From the human T2T-CHM13v2.0 reference genome, Homo sapiens, in assembly GCF_009914755.1 (NCBI RefSeq), contig NC_060943.1: a stretch of DNA of 64,000 nucleotides; one strand, 5' to 3'. The notes under the pieces were generated by a model. It had not been told where the DNA came from. It saw nothing but the letters and a program-made list of their open reading frames with translations, and searched no databases. Below are positions 57,268-64,000 of the stretch, in pieces (the first letter of the stretch is position 1; each line of letters begins with the position of its first letter). The position numbers were made by a program, and so were the translations under genes.

Positions 57268-60200
57268 TAACGCCTAGCCATCTCTTTTTGTGAGGTTAAG
57301 ACTGATCAATGGATTCAGGTGTTGTCAGCCTGATTCACCCACTATGAAGTTCTCTATTAGTTTTTCACCTAAAGATTACAGCAGTCATTGAGGATCACTG
57401 CCTACAACCTTTATTTCATTAGTGGTTACAAAATATGGATATTCTATCATTCCTTCTTCATGTAGTGGTTGGATGTGTCTATAAGGAAAATCCCCAAGTT
57501 ATTATAATGTGGTTCCAAGGTAGAGTAGATGAGAAAAAGAAGAGTAATAGGATTGATCCCTTGGTAACTCGAACACTCTAAAAAGTTAGAGCATGAGAGA
57601 AGAGCTAGGCAAGATGACTAGAAAACCAAGCCGGTGAGACACCAAATGAATAGTGCTGTCGTAGAGGCTGAGAGGAGAGTGTGTTAAGATGGGAATGGAG
57701 GAGGCAGAGCAAGGTAGTGGAAAAGAAGGCTCCTCTGATCATTCTCTGTGCAAGGACACCAATTTAACAACTATCCAGTTCTTTGGTAAGAACTAAAAAT
57801 CACGTGAGCACCTATAGCACCTGGTTTTAACTTCATATCACTGAAAAGAGGCATGGAAGAGATAGAAAAAACAGTCTTGAATCGCCGATGCCACCCCTCA
57901 CCCACCATCCTGTGTGGTACAGAGAGCATATCTGGGTGCTGCAGGAGGGAGAGCACTGCAATTGTAAGGCATTAAACTGAGCTGTCCTGCCACAGCAGAA
58001 AGGAAAACTAGACCAAACTCAGCTGACACTCACCTATGGAGGCGGCATTTAAACCAGCCCCAGCCAGAGCGGAATCACTCATCCCAGCAGTCCAAACTTG
58101 AGATCCTGCAAACCTTGCCACTGAGGGCTAAAGCACTTTGTGTCTCTAAGTAAACTTGACAGGCACACTAGGCCATAAGGACTGCGACTCTTAGGTGAGT
58201 CCTAGGGCTGAACTGGGCCCAGAAACACAGAGACACAGTGGACTTGGTGGGGGCACACAACCTACTGAGACATCAGCTGGGGTGTCTACCGGAGTGCTGG
58301 CATCACCCCTCCCCTAAACCCAGACTGCACAGCTCACAGCTCTAAAGGAGACCCCATCCCTCCACTTGAGAAGAGGAGGGGGAAGAGTGGGGAGGTCTTC
58401 ATCTTCCATCTTGGATACCAGCTCAGCCACAGCAGGATAGGTCACCAGCCAGAGTTGTGAGGCTTCCCCATGCCGCATTCCAGGCCCTAACTCCCAACCC
58501 CCAATGACATTTCTAGACACATCCTGGGTTACAAGGAACCCACTGCTTTGAAGGAAAGGACCCAGTCCTGCCAGCATTCATCGCCTGCCAACTGAAGACC
58601 CCTTGGACCCTGAATAACCAGCAGCTATACCCAGGTACTACGTCAAGGGCCTTGATGAGCCACTGAGACTTGCTGGCTTCAGGGGAGACTCAGCACATTC
58701 CCAGCTGTGGTGGGCCACAGGCCAAGTCTCCTTCAGCTTGAGAAAAGCAGAGGGAAAAGTAAAGGGGACTTCGTCTCTCACCTTAGGTACTAGCACAGCC
58801 ACAGCAGGGTAGAGTACCCAGCGGGCTATTAGTGTCCCTAATTCTGGGACTTGATTCTTGAATGGCATTTCTGGACCTGTCCTGGGTCAGAGGGAGGGAA
58901 GCCCACTGCCCTGAAGGGTGAGTCCCAGGCCAGGCAGCATTCACCACCAACTGAGTCGAGAGACCTGGGGCCTTACAGGAACATCAGCAATAGTCTGGCA
59001 GTAGTCCTTGTGGCCTGGGATGGTGGTAGCTACAGGGTGAGGCTCCTCTGCTTTTGGAAAGCGGACAGAAGAGTGGGAAGGACTGCATCTTGTGGTTTGA
59101 GTGTCAGCTCAGCCACAGTACAACAGAACACCAGGTAGACGTCTAAGGCTTTGACTCTAGTCCCTGACTTCAAGATGACACCTCTGGATCCACCTGGAGC
59201 CTGGGGGACCTCATCACCCTGAAGGGAAGGACACAGGCCTGGCTGGCTTTGTCACTTGCTGACTGTTAAGCCCCAGGTTCTTGAGCAAACATAGGCAGTA
59301 GCCAGGATGTGGTTACAGTAGGCCTTGGGTGAGACTCAGTGCTGTGCTGGCTTCAGGTCTGACCCAGTGCGGTCACAGTGGTGGTGGCCACAGGGGTGGT
59401 TGTGTCACTCCACCCTCAACTTTAGGTGACTCAGAAGAGAAACTCTGCTTGGGAGAAAGTAAGGGAAGAGAACAAGAGTCTCTGCCTGGTAATCCAGAGA
59501 ATTCTCCCGGATCTTGCTCAAGACCATGAAGGCAGTACCTTCGAGTCTTCAAACATTCAAAAAAACTGAGATAATATCAAGCATCTTCTCTGACCGCAAT
59601 AGAATAAAACTAGAAATCAATAACAAGAGGAATTTTGGAAACTATGCAAATACATGGAAATCAAACAATATGCGCCTAAATGACCAGAGAGTTAATGAAG
59701 AAATTAAGAAGAAAATTGAACAATTTCTTGAAACAAATCATAATGGAAATACAATATAGCAAAACCTATGGGATACAGTAAAAGCAGTACTCAAAGGAAA
59801 GTTTATAGCTATAAGTGCCTACATCAAAAAGAGGAAGAACTCCACATAAATAATCTAACAATGCATCTTAAAGAACTAGAAAAGCAAGAGCAAACCAAAC
59901 CCAAAATTAGAAGAAAATAAATAATAAAGATCAGTGCAGACATAAATAAAACTGAAATGAAAATACAAAACATCAATGAAACAAAAGGTTGTTTTTTAAA
60001 AAGTTACACAAAATTGACATTGCCAAACTAAAAAAAAGAAAAAAAAAGATACGAATAAATAAAATCAAAAATGAAAAACGAGACATTACAACTGATATTG
60101 CAGAAATTCAAAGAATTTGATTCCTAGTATCATTGTTGGATAGTATAGGCAACTATATACCAATAAATCAGAAAATACAGAAGAAATGGACAAATTTCTA

Positions 60201-61233
60201 GATATATACAACCAATCAAGATTTAATCAGGAAGAAATCTAAAACCTGAATGGACCAATAACAAGTAACAATATCAAAGCTATAATAAAAAATCTCCAAG
60301 TAAAGAAAAGCTCGGGACTGATGGCGTCACTGCTGAGTTTTACCAATCCTCCTCAAACTATTCCAAAAAATAGCAGAGGAGGGAATACTTCCAAACTCAT
60401 TCTACAAGACCAGTATTACCCTGATATCAAAATCAGACAAAGACGCATCAAAAAAAAGAAAAGAAAAGAAAAAAAAGAAAGAAAACTACAGGCCAATATC
60501 TCTGATGAATACTTATTGAAAAATTCTCAACATTACCAAACCAAATTCGCTAATATATTAGATCATTCATCATAACAAAATGTAATGTATCCCCATGATG
60601 CAAGGATGGTTCAACATACACAAATCAATGTGACATATCATATCAACAGAATGAAGGATAAAAACCATATGATCATTTCAATTGATGCTGAAAAGGCATT
60701 TCATAAAATTCAACATCCCTTCATGATAAAAACTCTCAAAAAGCTGGGTATAGAAGGAACATACCTCAACATAATAAAAGCCATATACAGCAGACCCATA
60801 GCTCTTATCATACTGAATGTGGAGAACTGAAAGTCTTTCCTCTAAGATTCGGAACACAAGGATGCCCACTTTCACCAGTGTTATTCACCACAGTACTATA
60901 AGTCCTAGCTACAGCAATCAGACAAGAGAAGGATATAAAGGGCATCCAAGTTGGAATGGAAGATGTCAAATTACCTTGTTTGCAAGTGATATGATCTTAT
61001 ATTTGAAAAAAACCTAAAGACTCCACCCAAAAACTACTAGAAGTGATAAATTCAGTCAAGTCGCAGAATACAAAATCAATATATAAAAATCAGTAGCATT
61101 TTTATATGCCAACAGTGAACAATCTGAAAAAAATTTAAGTAACCCCATTTAAAATAGTTACACATAAAATTAAATACCTAGGAACTACCCAAAGAAGTGA
61201 AAGATTATAATGAAAACTATAAAACAGTGATGA

Positions 61234-61638
<405 letters not shown>

Positions 61639-62315
61639 ATATTACAGAGCTATAGTAACCAAACTTCAGGGACTGGCATAAAAACAGACACATAAACCAA
61701 TGATAAAAAATAGAGAACCAAAAAACAAATCCCCACACATAAGCGAACTCATTTTCCACAAAGGTGCCAAGAACATACACTGGGAAAAAGACAGCTTCTT
61801 CAATAACTGGTGCTGGGAAAACTGGTTATCTATATGCAGAAGAAGGAAACTAGACTCCTATCTCTCACTATACACACAAATCAAATCCAAATGAAGACTT
61901 AAATCTAAAACCTTAAATTATATATAAAAAAAAAACCCTTAAACTACAAAACTACTACAAGAAAACATTAGGGTTTTCCCTAGAACATTGGTCTGGGCAA
62001 AAACTTCTTGTGTTATACCCTACAAGCACAGGCAACCAAGGCAGAAATGGACAGATGGGATCACATCAAGTTAAAAAGCTTCTGCATAGCAAAGGACACA
62101 ATCAACAAAGTGAAGAGACAACCCATGGAATGGGAGAAAATATTTGCAAACTACCCATCTGACAAGAAATTAATAACCAGAATATACACGGGGCTGCAAA
62201 CAACTCTATAGGAAAAAATCTAATAATAAAAAAATGGGCAAAAGATTTGAATAGCCATTTCTCAAAAGAAGACATACAAATGGCAAACAGGCATATGAAA
62301 AGGTGCTCAACGTCA

Positions 62316-62759
<444 letters not shown>

Positions 62760-64000
62760 CTACACTGTTGGTGAGAATGTAAATTAGTAAAATAATTATG
62801 GAGAACAGTTTGGAAGTTCCTCAAAAAACTAAAAATGGAGCTACCATATCATCCAGCAATACCACTCCTGGGTATATATCCAAAATAAGGAAAATAAGTA
62901 TACTGAAAAGATACCTGCACTCCTACGTTTATTTGCAGCACTGTTTACAATAGCTGGGATCTGGCAGCAATCTAAGTGTCCATCAACAGACGAACGGATA
63001 AAGAAAATGTAGGACTTCTACACAATGGAATACTATTCAGCCATAAAAAAGAATGAATCATTTGCAACAACATGGATGAAACTGGAGATCATTATGTTAA
63101 GTGAAATAAGCCAGGCACAGAAACACAAACATTGCATGTTTTCACTTATTTGTAGGATCTAATAATCAAAACAATTGAGCTTATGGAGAGAGAGGATAGA
63201 AGGATGGTTACTACAGGCTAAAAGGGTAGTTGGGGGATGAGGGGAAGGTAGGGATGGTTAATTAGAAAGAATGAATAGAACCTATTAGTTGACAGTATAA
63301 CAGAGTGACTATAGTCAATAATAACATAATTGTACATTTTAAAAGAACGAAAAGAGTCTAATTGGATTGTTTATAACACAAAGGATAAGCATTTGAAGGA
63401 AGGATACACCATTCTCCATGATGTGATTATTTCACATTGCATGCCTGTATCAAAACATCTCATGTAACCCATAAATATATAAACCTACTATGTACCCACA
63501 AAAATTAAAAATAAAAAAATAAAAAAATAGAAATGATCAAACACCTAGAATACAGTCAAGAGGTCAAGCAGGATGAGATCAGAGAAGTGTCAACTGGATT
63601 TGAGAACATGGAAGTCCTTGATAATCTTGAGCACAATTTTCATGGTGAAGTCAGAGTAGAAGTGTTACTGGGATGCCAAGAAGTACAGACTGTCTGTCTG
63701 TGACTATATATAACTCTTTCAAAAAGTTCTGTGTGAAAAGAAAGGAGCACTAAAAATGAAGCCAGCCATCTTTTAATTCTTATGGATTGGGCTGTCAGTC
63801 TCTTCACCCTCTAGAGTCTATTTTTTTTTTTTTTAATGAATCTAAGCATGCCTTTACTCAATTCAAAAAAAACCTCTGCCAGCTCTTTGCGGCCCTCAAA
63901 ATGAAGTCCTAAACGTGATAATATAACATGGATTCATAATTTAACTCCAATTACCTCCCTTGCCTGAGAGCCCTTGTGGGTAAACTGTCAATTTCACAAG

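Overview
Repeat-dense primate (most likely human) genomic DNA; no intact cellular protein-coding gene is supported. The main non-repeat content is an unprocessed (intron-containing) pseudogene of SHCBP1 on the minus strand. Nine exon remnants, equivalent to exons 5-13 when counted back from the terminal ...FGTFLF* exon, lie between 55131 and 27033; the earlier exons presumably lie beyond the right edge. They carry in-frame stops, frameshifts and four broken splice sites. The rest is layered transposable elements: L1s of many ages (L1M/L1MA/L1MC/L1PB/L1PA, including a twin-primed 5'-inverted copy and an L1PA2/3 with a 711-aa open ORF2 remnant), eight Alus, a HERV-K(HML-2) LTR5 solo LTR, an HML-6 LTR3, an ERV1 LTR, THE1/MST/MLT1 MaLRs, full-length Tigger1 and MER6, MER81, MER58, MER20, MER5, MIR and L2. 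Nearly all long L1s are on the plus strand, and several minus-strand exon-like segments lie downstream of the pseudogene, hinting at a longer minus-strand transcription unit. Repeat subfamily names and SHCBP1 comparisons come from recalled consensus/protein sequences, not database searches.
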